31,069 nt of DNA. Origin: Spirochaetaceae bacterium (GTDB lineage: Bacteria; Spirochaetota; Spirochaetia; DSM-16054; Sediminispirochaetaceae). The notes under the pieces are model-generated. The model was not told where the DNA came from. It searched no databases and was given only the letters and a program-made list of their open reading frames with translations. This document shows, piece after piece, positions 1-9,581 of this stretch (positions are counted from its first letter, which is position 1; the number at the start of each line of letters is the position of its first letter). The DNA lies in NCBI GenBank assembly GCA_046539925.1, contig JBKHFZ010000016.1:1-31069 (forward strand). Direction: 5' to 3'. A program made the translations under genes and the position numbers.

Positions 1-299
1 TGGCTCTCATTAGTAACGAAATAGCTACAAACGCCATAAAGTACGGTTTTTTGGAGGACGGGGAGAACTCATTTTTCGTCGCTATGAAGAGGGACAGCGC
101 GACACAAAACTGTATCTACACTCTGGCTAATAGCGGAAACCCCTTTCCGGAGGACATAGAGATAGGTACTACCACGTCTCTGGGTCTGCAGCTTATAGAA
201 ACCCTTGTCGAGCAGCTTCAGGGGACTATTGAGCTTATCAAAAAACCCTACGCGGAGTACCGCATCTCTATTCCCGGGGAGAAATTTTCCTCCACCTGA
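1..299 (+). CDS. Sensor histidine kinase, C-terminal fragment (HATPase_c region), 5'-truncated by the window edge
   Basis: Reading from nt 3 gives ALISNEIATNAIKYGF...GENSFFVAMKRD...SLGLQLIETLVEQLQGTIEL, the N-box and G-box region of a HisKA_2/HWE-type kinase ATPase domain. Stop at 297-299. Confidence 0.6.
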   Translation, partial: ALISNEIATNAIKYGFLEDGENSFFVAMKRDSATQNCIYTLANSGNPFPEDIEIGTTTSLGLQLIETLVEQLQGTIELIKKPYAEYRISIPGEKFSST

Positions 300-309
300 G
301 CCTGTGACC

Positions 310-2061
310 CTAGGAGGACTCCGAGATCCAGGAATCTATAGTTTTTTCTATCGCGGCAAGCCTTTCGGCGGTGCTTATCCTCGCTTTCTCCAGGGTTTCG
401 TTTTCTCCGCCCCTGCAGGATGCGTAAAACTTGATCTTGGGCTCGGTGCCCGAAGGCCTGGCAGTTACTATTGTCTCGTCTTCAAGGACAAACTGCATTA
501 CATCCGAGGCAGGCAGTTTAATCTCCCTTAGGAGACTTCCGTCCCTCGAAGAATACGCCTTTCCCTCCTTGTAGTCGCGCAGCTCGCGCACCTCTATTCC
601 TCCCACCTCTTGCGGGGGATTTTCGCGAAGTCTCTTCATGAGCGCGTCCATAGAGGCCTTTCCCTTCTGCCCCTTGAAGGTCCTGCTTAAAAGTATCTCT
701 TCGAAATAACCGTAGGTCTCGTAAATTTCCTCTAAACGATCGATAAGGGTTTTACCGGAGGTGCGATGGTACAAGGCCATCTCCGCGGTAACAAAAGCGG
801 CGGAGACCGCGTCCTTGTCCCGGACCCTGTCGGTCACCAGGTAGCCGTAGCTCTCCTCGCCGCCAAAGATGTAAGTCTCTCCCGTGGATTCAAACTCTTT
901 TATCTTTTCCGCTATATACTTGAAACCTGTAAGCACATCGTAGCTTGCCGCACCGTAGGCTTCGGCTATAAGACGCTGCAAGTCGGTGGTAACTATCGTT
1001 TTTACAAAAGCCGGCTTCTCAGGTAGAGTACCGAGCTCCTTCCTCGTGGAAAAAATGTAATCCGCCAGCAACACTCCGAGTTGATTCCCCGAGACCAGCT
1101 CGAGTTCTCCCGTAGAGTTCGGGACTGCTATCCCCAGCCTGTCTGAATCGGGATCTGTTCCCATAACAAGATCGGCGTTCTCCCTCTTTCCCAGTTCAAG
1201 GGACATTTTCATTGCGCCGCTCTCCTCGGGATTCGGTTTTTCCACCGTGGGAAAGTTCCCGTCCGGGGCATTCTGCTCCTCTACAGGGATTACCTCCACA
1301 CCCATCTCGCTTAAAACCTGGGGCAGTATTACCGAGCCGGTACCGTGGAGGGGAGTAAAGACCACTTTGAGATCTTTTCCGTACTTTTTAAGAAGCCCAG
1401 GCCTGAGGCTGCAGGACTTAACCATACCGCGGTACGGCTCATCTATTTTTTCGTCAATTACTTCCAGAAGCCCCTTGGACTCCGCATCTTTTTTATCGAT
1501 TACCCGTATCTCTTTTCCCACCGAACGAACTTCCTCTATAATTCCCTTGTCGTGGGGTGGAACAATCTGACCGCCGTCGGACCAATACACTTTATAACCG
1601 TTATACTCAGGAGGATTGTGGCTCGCGGTTACTACTATCCCCACGGTAGCCCCGAGTTCCCTTACCGCGAAGGAGAGTTCCGGGGTAGGTCTAAGGGAGG
1701 AGAATAGCCATACATGCATATCGTTAGCGCAGAGAACCCTTGCGGCCTCTTCGGCAAAGAGGTCCGAGAAATTTCTCGAATCGTAGGCAATAACAGCAGA
1801 TCCTCCAGACCCGAGTTTTTTTACGTAGTTTGCCAGGCCTTGTGTTGCCTGCTGTATCATAAAGGGATTGATTCTGTTGTACCCTCCGCCTATCACACCG
1901 CGAAGCCCCCCAGTCCCGAAACTGAGGGAAGTATAAAAGCGGTCGTTGAGCTCTTCCGTATCGTCTGCATCGAGCACCTTTTCCAGCTCATCCCTAAAAT
2001 AGGGGTGCGTCTCCAGCTTTAAGTACTCCCGTGCAAGTCCTTTTATAGCGTCTACATCCAT
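310..2061 (-). CDS. Phosphoglucomutase/phosphomannomutase (alpha-D-phosphohexomutase family)
   Basis: 583 aa with the active-site Ser motif TASHNPPEYNGYK and a GGEESYG sugar-binding region. GGAGGG ribosome-binding site before the ATG at 2061. Confidence 0.85.
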   Translation of the reverse strand: MDVDAIKGLAREYLKLETHPYFRDELEKVLDADDTEELNDRFYTSLSFGTGGLRGVIGGGYNRINPFMIQQATQGLANYVKKLGSGGSAVIAYDSRNFSDLFAEEAARVLCANDMHVWLFSSLRPTPELSFAVRELGATVGIVVTASHNPPEYNGYKVYWSDGGQIVPPHDKGIIEEVRSVGKEIRVIDKKDAESKGLLEVIDEKIDEPYRGMVKSCSLRPGLLKKYGKDLKVVFTPLHGTGSVILPQVLSEMGVEVIPVEEQNAPDGNFPTVEKPNPEESGAMKMSLELGKRENADLVMGTDPDSDRLGIAVPNSTGELELVSGNQLGVLLADYIFSTRKELGTLPEKPAFVKTIVTTDLQRLIAEAYGAASYDVLTGFKYIAEKIKEFESTGETYIFGGEESYGYLVTDRVRDKDAVSAAFVTAEMALYHRTSGKTLIDRLEEIYETYGYFEEILLSRTFKGQKGKASMDALMKRLRENPPQEVGGIEVRELRDYKEGKAYSSRDGSLLREIKLPASDVMQFVLEDETIVTARPSGTEPKIKFYASCRGGENETLEKARISTAERLAAIEKTIDSWISESS

Positions 2062-2142
2062 ATATGGCCCCTCCTTTACTTACTTTAAGTGCTAACCTCA
2101 CTTAAGTATAATAAGATTTAGTTCCATTTGTCCAATTTTCGC

Positions 2143-2835
2143 TTACGACTTTGGAGAGACGACCCTCTCCGAAAACAGGGAGAGGATCTCCTTCGGTTCG
2201 CTCACCAGCATTTTAGCCCCTCCATCGAGTATCTCCTCTCGGCTTCTGTACCCCCACAACACACCTACAGGGTACATACCGCCTCGTACGGCAGTCTCCA
2301 TATCTACATCGCTGTCTCCCACGTAGATAACCTCTTCCGGTCTTACTCCCATCTGTTCCATTATAAAAAGCGCGCCGGCAGGGTCGGGTTTTGCGGGTAA
2401 ATCCGTGCTGCGACCGCGGATTACCTCGAAATACTTTGCACCGAGAGTTCTCGATACAACATCTTTCGTCAAGCTGTCCTCTTTATTAGACAGAACGGAG
2501 AGACGAATACCCCTATCTACCAGGGTATCGAGGAGATCCACAACCCCCGAATACGGTACAGTGGAGGCTACAGGATTTTCTCTATACCGGGATACAACTT
2601 CATCCCCCATTCGTTGCACCTTCTCGTCGCTTATATCTTCATCAGGTAAGGCTATTCGTGTCGCTTTATATAGCCCCCACCCTACCGCCGTGCGGTAGAA
2701 CTCCCTTTCGTGTTCCGGGTATCCGTACCGCAGGAGCACATTGTTAATCGCATCTGCTATGTCCGGAATAGTATAGAGCAGAGTTCCGTCGAGATCGAAA
2801 ATTACGCTTGTATAAGAAGAGTCTTGTTGTTCCAT
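2143..2835 (-). CDS. HAD-superfamily phosphatase (phosphoglycolate phosphatase/beta-phosphoglucomutase-like)
   Basis: HAD motif I DLDGTL sits immediately after the internal ATG at 2835 (MEQQDSSYTSVIFDLDGTLL); motif IV GDSDVD near the C-terminus. The track ORF extends to 2955 through a non-homologous N-terminal extension. Confidence 0.75.
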   Translation of the reverse strand: MEQQDSSYTSVIFDLDGTLLYTIPDIADAINNVLLRYGYPEHEREFYRTAVGWGLYKATRIALPDEDISDEKVQRMGDEVVSRYRENPVASTVPYSGVVDLLDTLVDRGIRLSVLSNKEDSLTKDVVSRTLGAKYFEVIRGRSTDLPAKPDPAGALFIMEQMGVRPEEVIYVGDSDVDMETAVRGGMYPVGVLWGYRSREEILDGGAKMLVSEPKEILSLFSERVVSPKS

Positions 2836-2977
2836 ATAGTGAACAACGTAATGGATTTTACAAAAAATGGAAAGATAAAAGGTTCCGCATCCGCTTGTCA
2901 TTGGGCAAAAAAACGCGGTATTGTTGGCGTGAATTGCAGTAAGCCGTATATGCATCTACATTAAAAGAGAGGTTTGG

Positions 2978-4147
2978 ATGAGCGGAGAGAATACTTCCGT
3001 AACCGGTACCCGATATAACGTCGGGATCTCCAGGTGTACCGGCTACAACCGGGAAAAAACCGCTGCAGCGGTAGAGGAGGCGGTCCATAGAGCAGGAGGA
3101 TTGGACATTGAGGGAAAAAGAGTCTTGCTCAAGCCTAATATCCTTCGAGATGCGGACCCGGGCAGAGCCATTACCACCCATCCGGAGATACTACGGTCGG
3201 TTATCCGTGTGTGCAGTGCTCGGGGGGCCTCGGAAATACTCGTTGGCGACAGCCCCGGCTTTGCCCCCGGCGGTTTTAGCGGGAGAAAATCTTCCCTCCG
3301 GCAGGTCGTAGAGGATGAAGGAGCGCGATGGGTAGATTTTCATTCGGAAAAAACCGTCAGGGAGGTGCCGGATCCCCTGCGGGAGAGGGTATTCCATGTA
3401 ACATCGGTACTCGACTCGGTGGATGCTGTTATAAGCCTTCCCAAACTCAAAACCCATACCCTCATGTATTATACCGGCGCGGTAAAGAACCTCTTCGGTC
3501 TTATACCCGGGCTTGCCAAACCCCCCTTTCATGTGCGATACCCCGGCAGAGAGGAGTTCGGCGAGATGCTCATAGACCTCGCGGAGGCGGTAAAGCCCCA
3601 CTACGCAATTATGGACGGGATAGTGGCAATGGAAGGCGCCGGTCCGGGAAACGGAAACCCCCGGGCGACGGGGGTGGTTGCTGCGAGTCCGAGCTGTCTT
3701 GCCCTGGATATTGCGCTTTGCCGAATTATCGGATACGACCCGCTTACGGTACCTACCAACCGAATCGGGCTGGCTAAAGAACGTAACCGCGAAGAGGGGT
3801 TGAAAAGTGCCGAAGACATCAGGCTTGTAGGGGCTTCCTTTGAAGAACTCAGGATCGAGAATTTTGAGCTTATAGGCAAAGGCGAGTTCTCCCGTTTTTG
3901 GAGGGTGGTTACCCGCAACCCGCTTTTAAGGAAAGTTGAGGTAAAACTTCGGAAAAAGCCCGTGTTTAACCACGAGAAGTGTATCCACTGCGGGGAGTGC
4001 GTAAACATATGCGCTGCGGGAGCTCTCTCCATGATAAAAGTCGAGGGAAAGCGGCGTATCCGGGTAGACTACAGCCGTTGTATCCGCTGTTACTGCTGCC
4101 ACGAAATTTGCCCCGCCGACGCCATACGAATAGGGAGAAGCCGTTGA
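2978..4147 (+). CDS. DUF362-domain protein with C-terminal 2x[4Fe-4S] ferredoxin domain
   Basis: N-terminus ...GKRVLLKPNIL... is typical of DUF362. C-terminus has CIHCGECVNICAAGA and CIRCYCCHEICPADAI, two CxxCxxCxxxCP motifs. AGAGAGG ribosome-binding site. Confidence 0.7.
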   Translation: MSGENTSVTGTRYNVGISRCTGYNREKTAAAVEEAVHRAGGLDIEGKRVLLKPNILRDADPGRAITTHPEILRSVIRVCSARGASEILVGDSPGFAPGGFSGRKSSLRQVVEDEGARWVDFHSEKTVREVPDPLRERVFHVTSVLDSVDAVISLPKLKTHTLMYYTGAVKNLFGLIPGLAKPPFHVRYPGREEFGEMLIDLAEAVKPHYAIMDGIVAMEGAGPGNGNPRATGVVAASPSCLALDIALCRIIGYDPLTVPTNRIGLAKERNREEGLKSAEDIRLVGASFEELRIENFELIGKGEFSRFWRVVTRNPLLRKVEVKLRKKPVFNHEKCIHCGECVNICAAGALSMIKVEGKRRIRVDYSRCIRCYCCHEICPADAIRIGRSR

Positions 4148-6149
4148 AACTGAATTTAGCTGAAGAACTCAACCCGGAACAACTGAAGGCCGCCGAGATA
4201 ATAGACGGCCCCCTTCTTATTATAGCCGGTGCCGGGTCGGGCAAGACGAGGACCGTTACATTTCGAATTGCACACATGCTCGAGAAGGGAATACCCCAAT
4301 CCTCGATTCTTGCCCTTACATTTACCAACAAAGCGGCCAGGGAGATGGCGGAGAGAGTCCGCTCTCTTACCGGCAGGCGTCTCTCGAACCTCACCGTATC
4401 CACATTCCACGCCTTTGGAGTAAAGGTCCTCAGGAACTCGATAGACAGGCTCGGCTACACATCCACCTTCAGCATATACGACCAAGTGGATAAACTCTCT
4501 CTATTAAAAGAGGTGGCCCGAGAGTTAAAGATAAGCCATGACGCGGTGGATTTTTACCAGGCGGGCAATCTCTTTTCCGCCATAAAAACCGGCAGAGCCG
4601 AGTGGACCAGGGAGAACACCGGGCTTAAACCTATGTACCAGGAGTACACGGAACATCTTAAGGTGTACAACGCGGTGGATTTTGACGATCTTATTATGCT
4701 CCCTATCCGTCTCTTCGAGGAGCACCCGGATGTTCTCGAGGAGTACCGCAATAAATACCGTTATCTTATGGTAGACGAGTTTCAGGACACATCCCTCTCC
4801 CAGTACCGACTTATGAAGCTCCTCGGAGAGGAATCGAAGAACCTCTGCGTGGTGGGAGACGACGATCAGTCCATATACTCATGGCGTGGCGCCAATTATA
4901 TGAACCTGCTGCAGTTCGAAAGGGATTTTCCCGAAAGAGTCGAAATAAAGCTGGAGCAGAATTACCGTTCTACCCGGCATATACTCTCAGCTGCAAACGA
5001 ACTTATATCCCACAACACCAACCGCAAGGGTAAAGTCTTGTGGACTGGAATGGACGGAGGAAAAGCAATAGAACTCTTCTATCCCGAGGACGAAGCAAAG
5101 GAGGCGCAATTTATCTCGGAGATGATTAAAAGCCTCTCTATGCAGGAGCGTATACCCTACCACGACTTTGGCATACTCGTTCGAACCAACAGTCTCTCCG
5201 CGGCAATAGAAAACGCCCTCCTCGCGGAGAATATACCCTATAAAGTCTCAGGAGGACAAAGCTTCTTCCAGCGCAAGGAGATAAAGGATATAACCGCCTA
5301 TCTGCGGGTCATAGCCAATCCGGATGACGATGTAAACCTTTTGCGGATTATCAATACCCCGAGAAGAGGCATAGGAAAGACCACCCTTCAGAAAATCAGG
5401 GATATAGCCGCAGAAAAAAATATCTCCCTCTACTCTGCGGTTTCCGCTATTCGCTGGGCATCGGATGCACCGGTTACTCAGAAAGCAAAGGAGCATTTGG
5501 ATGAGTTCCTCTCGCTTATCGAATACTACCGTGAGACGATTTTAAGGGGAAAAAAATGGCGGAATCGACCCGAGCCCTGGTCGAGAGAATAGATTACTGG
5601 GGGCACTTGCTGCAGGAGTATCAGACAAACGACAACGTTGCCAAGTGGAAGTACAACAATATCGGCATCTTCCTCGACCTTTTTGACCGATGGGAGAAGG
5701 ATCCCGATACGGAGGAACCCACGCTCTTTAACTGGCTCGGCAGAATCAGCCTCATTACCAAGGACGACGACAAGGAAGACGAAGAGGGCAAGATCAATCT
5801 GATGACTGTTCATGCCTCGAAGGGGCTCGAGTTCGGCGTGGTCTTTTTAGCGGGGGTCGAGGATCATCTTATTCCCCACGCACGGGCAATCGAGGAGAAC
5901 GAAGAGAATATCGAGGAGGAGCGAAGGCTCTTCTACGTTGCCATTACCCGGGCCAAACAGAAACTCTACATTACCAGCTGCAAGAGCCGTAAATCCCTTA
6001 AAGAGAGGACCGACTCAGTCCCCTCGAGGTTTCTCGAAGAGATTCCGGGGGAGCTGATTGAGTTTCACAGCCCGGAAGAAGAGGTGGACGCCGAAGAGGC
6101 GGCAGACTATTTTGCGATGATGAAGGAGAAACTCGCTAAAAAGAGATAG
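4144..6149 (+). CDS. UvrD/PcrA/Rep-family ATP-dependent DNA helicase, interrupted by a +1 frameshift at an A7 tract (5550-5556)
   Basis: N-terminal part (frame of ORF 3979-5592, probable TTG start at 4144 overlapping the upstream stop): LNPEQLKAAE...AGAGSGKTRT (Walker A), VDEFQDTS (motif II), VGDDDQSIYSWRGA. C-terminal part (ORF 5556-6149, different frame): VHASKGLEFGVVFL, VAITRAKQKLYITS (motif VI). Summed length about 680 aa, normal for the family. Confidence 0.8.
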
Positions 6150-6155
6150 GGAGCT

Positions 6156-6392
6156 TTAACTTCCTTCGAGCATCTCCACTATCTCGTCCACGCTTTTGAC
6201 CTTTCCTTTTACTTTTACATCTCCGTCAATTACGAGAGCAGGGGTAATTAACACACCCATATCATTTATTGTTTCGGGGTCCTCGACCTTTTCCACCTCC
6301 ACATCCAAGCCGAGTTCCTCCACGGCGGCTTGTGCGTTTTGCATCAACTCTTCACATTTTCTGCATCCGCTTCCGAGTACCTGTATTTTCAT
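6156..6392 (-). CDS. Small thioredoxin-fold redox-active disulfide protein (Thioredoxin_3-like)
   Basis: 78 aa, MKIQVLGSGCRKCEEL with a CxxC near the N-terminus, typical of 'redox-active disulfide protein 2' family members. Confidence 0.65.
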   Translation of the reverse strand: MKIQVLGSGCRKCEELMQNAQAAVEELGLDVEVEKVEDPETINDMGVLITPALVIDGDVKVKGKVKSVDEIVEMLEGS

Positions 6393-6459
6393 GTATGATC
6401 CTCTCTTCTTGGTTTATGTGGACGATCTGAAAGATCTCGCACCATAAAATATATAAGCC

Positions 6460-7596
6460 CTAGACCACAAAACGCAAGAGGCATCCGATCTCGTTATCCT
6501 CAATTTTATGGGCGTAGGAGAATAAGTGTCTTACCTCCCCTTTCTGTTCGGCAGTCTCCTCTACAATCTCCTCTATAATATTCTCACTTTTTTCCAGCTG
6601 TTCTCCACAGACGGGGCATCTCTGGGACTTAAGTGAGAGATAATGATCCCTTGGACAGAAATACCCCTCTTTTTTCGCCTCCGGGTGAACAACGAGGGTG
6701 TGAATCTGGCCGTTCATAAGGGCTTTAATTGCAGGCCCCGTGCCGAGAACCGCCTTGCCGCCGTTGTAGGCATTTTCGAAAAGATTTTGAACAATCTCCT
6801 CCTCTCTCTGCCTCTCCCATTCCGTGGCCAGCTCTTTTACTTTCTTTTTGATTACATCCACACTGTTTTCCGGATTGGCTTGGATTTCCCCGACCAGCCT
6901 TTTTTCAGGATAACTGTGCAGGTTGTCCTGCAGAATATTGAGTTCACCTCTGTCGCTGCCGCCTATTATAAGGTAGTCGTACCCTCCGGCCTGAAAGTTG
7001 TCGAAAATCGTATCGGCAACCTGTTTTATATGCCTGAGCTTGTGGTCTTTTATGTATCGTTCGTACCTCTGTTCTCCGAGACCCTTCAAGGCCTCGTCTC
7101 GGGCTCCCTTTATCTCCTCTTCCGTAAAGATATCCGTTCTTTCGTTCATGTTTCCGCCGGAATAGGAGAACATCTTGGCCTTGTGGGAATCTACAACTAC
7201 GACACAAAACAGGGGAAACTGCTCGTCCAGCACAAGAAGCGGATTCACATGGGGAGCCGGTTCCACCCATAGGTTGCTCGGCAGGGAGACAGGCAGTTCA
7301 AACTCCTCCCAGTTACCCAGTGTGTCGGCACAGATAACAAGAAGTTTGGTGTTTTTGAAGCTTCCCTCTCTGTTGACAATCTGATCCTCGATCTTAAGGA
7401 GAAGCTTCTCGAGTTTTTCTCTCTCTTCCTGACTGTAGCTCTTATCGTCCCGTAGCTCCTTGATCTTTCCTCTTACAAGAGAATTGATCGTGCTCGTCAA
7501 CTCCCAAGGAACAGTAACGTTTAGATAAAGACTCACCGTAGGATGCGCTTCGTTACGATACTTCTTAAGTGCCTGTAATCGTTCTCTATACGACAT
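6460..7596 (-). CDS. Bacterial eRF1/Pelota(Dom34)-like protein with C-terminal Cys4 zinc ribbon
   Basis: 378 aa. PLFCVVVVDSHKAKMFSYSGG resembles the start of eRF1 domain 2 (FGFIVIDGSGALFG). AIKALMNGQIHTLVVH resembles eRF1 domain 3 (TLKALEMGAVEILIV). No GGQ motif, so Pelota-like. C-terminus carries CPRDHYLSLKSQRCPVCGEQ plus an acidic tail. From memory only. Confidence 0.5.
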   Translation of the reverse strand: MSYRERLQALKKYRNEAHPTVSLYLNVTVPWELTSTINSLVRGKIKELRDDKSYSQEEREKLEKLLLKIEDQIVNREGSFKNTKLLVICADTLGNWEEFELPVSLPSNLWVEPAPHVNPLLVLDEQFPLFCVVVVDSHKAKMFSYSGGNMNERTDIFTEEEIKGARDEALKGLGEQRYERYIKDHKLRHIKQVADTIFDNFQAGGYDYLIIGGSDRGELNILQDNLHSYPEKRLVGEIQANPENSVDVIKKKVKELATEWERQREEEIVQNLFENAYNGGKAVLGTGPAIKALMNGQIHTLVVHPEAKKEGYFCPRDHYLSLKSQRCPVCGEQLEKSENIIEEIVEETAEQKGEVRHLFSYAHKIEDNEIGCLLRFVV

Positions 7597-7681
7597 GATT
7601 CCTCCTCACACACAAGATACGGATAAATAAACGGGCTCGTCAAATCTTGACTGTGAGTAGAAGAGTGTTTAGCATATCGGG

Positions 7682-8698
7682 ATGAGTAATATGAAATATA
7701 GAGGTTTTTTCCATAGATTTGACGAAAGAGACACCCTGTTTTCAAGAGTAAGGCTTACCCCCGATACATCAGTATACCACAACTACTATAAAAGAAGACC
7801 GGAAAACAAAGAGATCGACGAGGAATTTCGCTCAATTGAACCGGGGAAATTTAGCGATAAACTCCCCGAAGCTCCAATGGTCGAGGCGACTTTCGGCCTT
7901 ATCTCTCAGCTCCGTTCTCTTGTAAAGGGATACCCGGAGGAGTACCGTTATTCCGGAGAGGAGAAGCCCGGCCCCGTGGAGCTTACCGAATATCTAAAGA
8001 AACAGGCGGGGAGGTACGCTGTTGTTCTGGCAGATTCGGTAGAGATGGAGGAGCGCTTCTACTACTCGGTTCGAGGCAGAGGCGAGAGTTACGGAGAGCC
8101 GGTGGATACAATGCTCCCTCGGGGTTTTGTATGCGCCGTACAGATGGATAGGGACGAAATTTCAACCGCCCCCGGTATTGGAGAGGCCGCGGAAGTGGCC
8201 GGTTCTTACCTGAGGGTTGCCGTGCCGGCTCTGGTTATTGCCGCATACCTGCGCTCTCTCGGCTACGAGGCGCGTGCGCATATAGACGGAGAGACGGAAC
8301 TGGTAATGCCCCCGGTTGCGGAGAAGGCCGGGTTTGGTAAAATAGGACGCCACGGTCTTTTGGTTTCAAAAACCTACGGGAGTCTTCTCAGACTCTCGGT
8401 AGTAACTACGGATGCACCTCTTTTCATAACGGAAACCTCTCCCGACTCTTTTCCCCTCGAGAAGGCCTGTGAGTCCTGCCGACGCTGTGCGGACTTCTGC
8501 CCCTCCAATGCGGTTCCGGGGGGCTCTATACTCTCGAATTGGGAAGAGGCCGTAAGAAGTGTAGACCACGAAGCGTGCTTCCGTATGTGGAAAAAGTTTG
8601 GTACAGACTGCGGTGTCTGTCTTGCCGTCTGCCCGTACAACGCGGGTAAAACCGAATCAAAATCCCCGGATTTTCTTAAAAAGTTTATGTATGGATAG
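7682..8698 (+). CDS. 4Fe-4S dicluster-domain protein (QueG/reductive-dehalogenase-superfamily-like)
   Basis: 338 aa. C-terminal CESCRRCADFCPSNAV (CxxCxxCxxxCP) and CGVCLAVCPYNAG motifs. Family assignment tentative. Confidence 0.5.
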   Translation: MSNMKYRGFFHRFDERDTLFSRVRLTPDTSVYHNYYKRRPENKEIDEEFRSIEPGKFSDKLPEAPMVEATFGLISQLRSLVKGYPEEYRYSGEEKPGPVELTEYLKKQAGRYAVVLADSVEMEERFYYSVRGRGESYGEPVDTMLPRGFVCAVQMDRDEISTAPGIGEAAEVAGSYLRVAVPALVIAAYLRSLGYEARAHIDGETELVMPPVAEKAGFGKIGRHGLLVSKTYGSLLRLSVVTTDAPLFITETSPDSFPLEKACESCRRCADFCPSNAVPGGSILSNWEEAVRSVDHEACFRMWKKFGTDCGVCLAVCPYNAGKTESKSPDFLKKFMYG

Positions 8699-8734
8699 TT
8701 TCGATTGCTGCGAAGCAGCAATTGAAACTATAAC
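8699..8734 (+). other. Strong intergenic stem-loop (16-bp stem with one G.U, GAA loop), no U-tract
   Basis: TAGTTTCGATTGCTGC-GAA-GCAGCAATTGAAACTA immediately after the stop of the Fe-S gene and upstream of the AKR gene. Confidence 0.5.
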
Positions 8735-8756
8735 ATAGATAAGGAGAGTATATAGT

Positions 8757-9581
8757 ATGAATTTACGCACAACCACAACACTACACAACGGAACTTTAAT
8801 GCCTTTAATAGGATTGGGGGTGTTTCAGGTCGAAGACGGGCCGGAAGTGGAGAACTCGGTACGCTGGGCTCTCGAACTGGGGTACAGACATTTGGATACG
8901 GCATCTTACTATCAAAACGAAGCCGGCGTTGGCAAAGCCCTCGCGGAGAGCGGTGTAGACAGAGAGGATGTGTTTCTTACCACCAAGGTGTGGAACGACC
9001 AGCAGGGGTATCAAAACACCCTCGATGCCTTTGACGAGAGCAGAAAAAAACTGAGGACAGATGTAGTTGACCTCTACCTCGTGCACTGGCCGATAAAGGG
9101 TCTCTATAAGGATACCTGGAAGGCCCTGGAGAAGCTTTATGCGGAGGGAAAGGTAAGAGCCATAGGTGTAAGCAACTTTCTTATACATCATATAGAGGAG
9201 CTTTTGAATAACACGGATGTTGTGCCGGCGGTTAACCAAGTAGAACTCCACCCCTTTCTTCGACAGAAACAGCTTCACGATTTCTGCGTACAAAAGGGCA
9301 TACAGATAGAGGCGTGGAGCCCGCTTACCAGAGGCAGGTTTCTCGACAATGCCGTAATTACCGATATCGCCGCCGCCCATGGAAAGAGTCCGGCTCAAGT
9401 GCTTATCCGCTGGGACCTGCAACACCATATCGTTACTATTCCAAAGTCGACTCACAGGGAGCGCATTAAAGAAAACAGCGAAGTCTTCGACTTCGAGCTT
9501 ACGCAGGAGGAGATGGAGCGGCTCGACTCCCTCGATACGGAGACGAGAATCGGACCGCATCCCGACGTTATGGGTGGTTAG
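8757..9581 (+). CDS. Aldo/keto reductase (2,5-diketo-D-gluconate reductase-like AKR)
   Basis: 274 aa. [31 protein letters not shown] and [13 protein letters not shown] are classic AKR signatures. Confidence 0.85.
   Translation: MNLRTTTTLHNGTLMPLIGLGVFQVEDGPEVENSVRWALELGYRHLDTASYYQNEAGVGKALAESGVDREDVFLTTKVWNDQQGYQNTLDAFDESRKKLRTDVVDLYLVHWPIKGLYKDTWKALEKLYAEGKVRAIGVSNFLIHHIEELLNNTDVVPAVNQVELHPFLRQKQLHDFCVQKGIQIEAWSPLTRGRFLDNAVITDIAAAHGKSPAQVLIRWDLQHHIVTIPKSTHRERIKENSEVFDFELTQEEMERLDSLDTETRIGPHPDVMGG

Noticed and set aside
205-531. 108-aa ORF on the + strand
   Set aside because: It lies antisense to the 3' end of the phosphohexomutase gene and continues the partial kinase frame past its stop in another frame. 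It has no motifs and is judged a shadow ORF.
3979-4143. N-terminal 55 codons of track ORF 3979-5592
   Set aside because: This stretch overlaps the 3' end of the DUF362 gene in another frame and has non-protein-like composition (Arg/Pro-rich). The helicase homology begins at 4144, so the true start is probably the TTG at 4144, coupled to the upstream stop.
6643-7272. 209-aa + strand ORF
   Set aside because: It lies antisense inside the eRF1-like gene and has low-complexity hydrophobic composition. A shadow ORF.
8805-9560. 251-aa minus-strand ORF
   Set aside because: It is fully antisense to the well-supported aldo/keto reductase gene. A shadow ORF.
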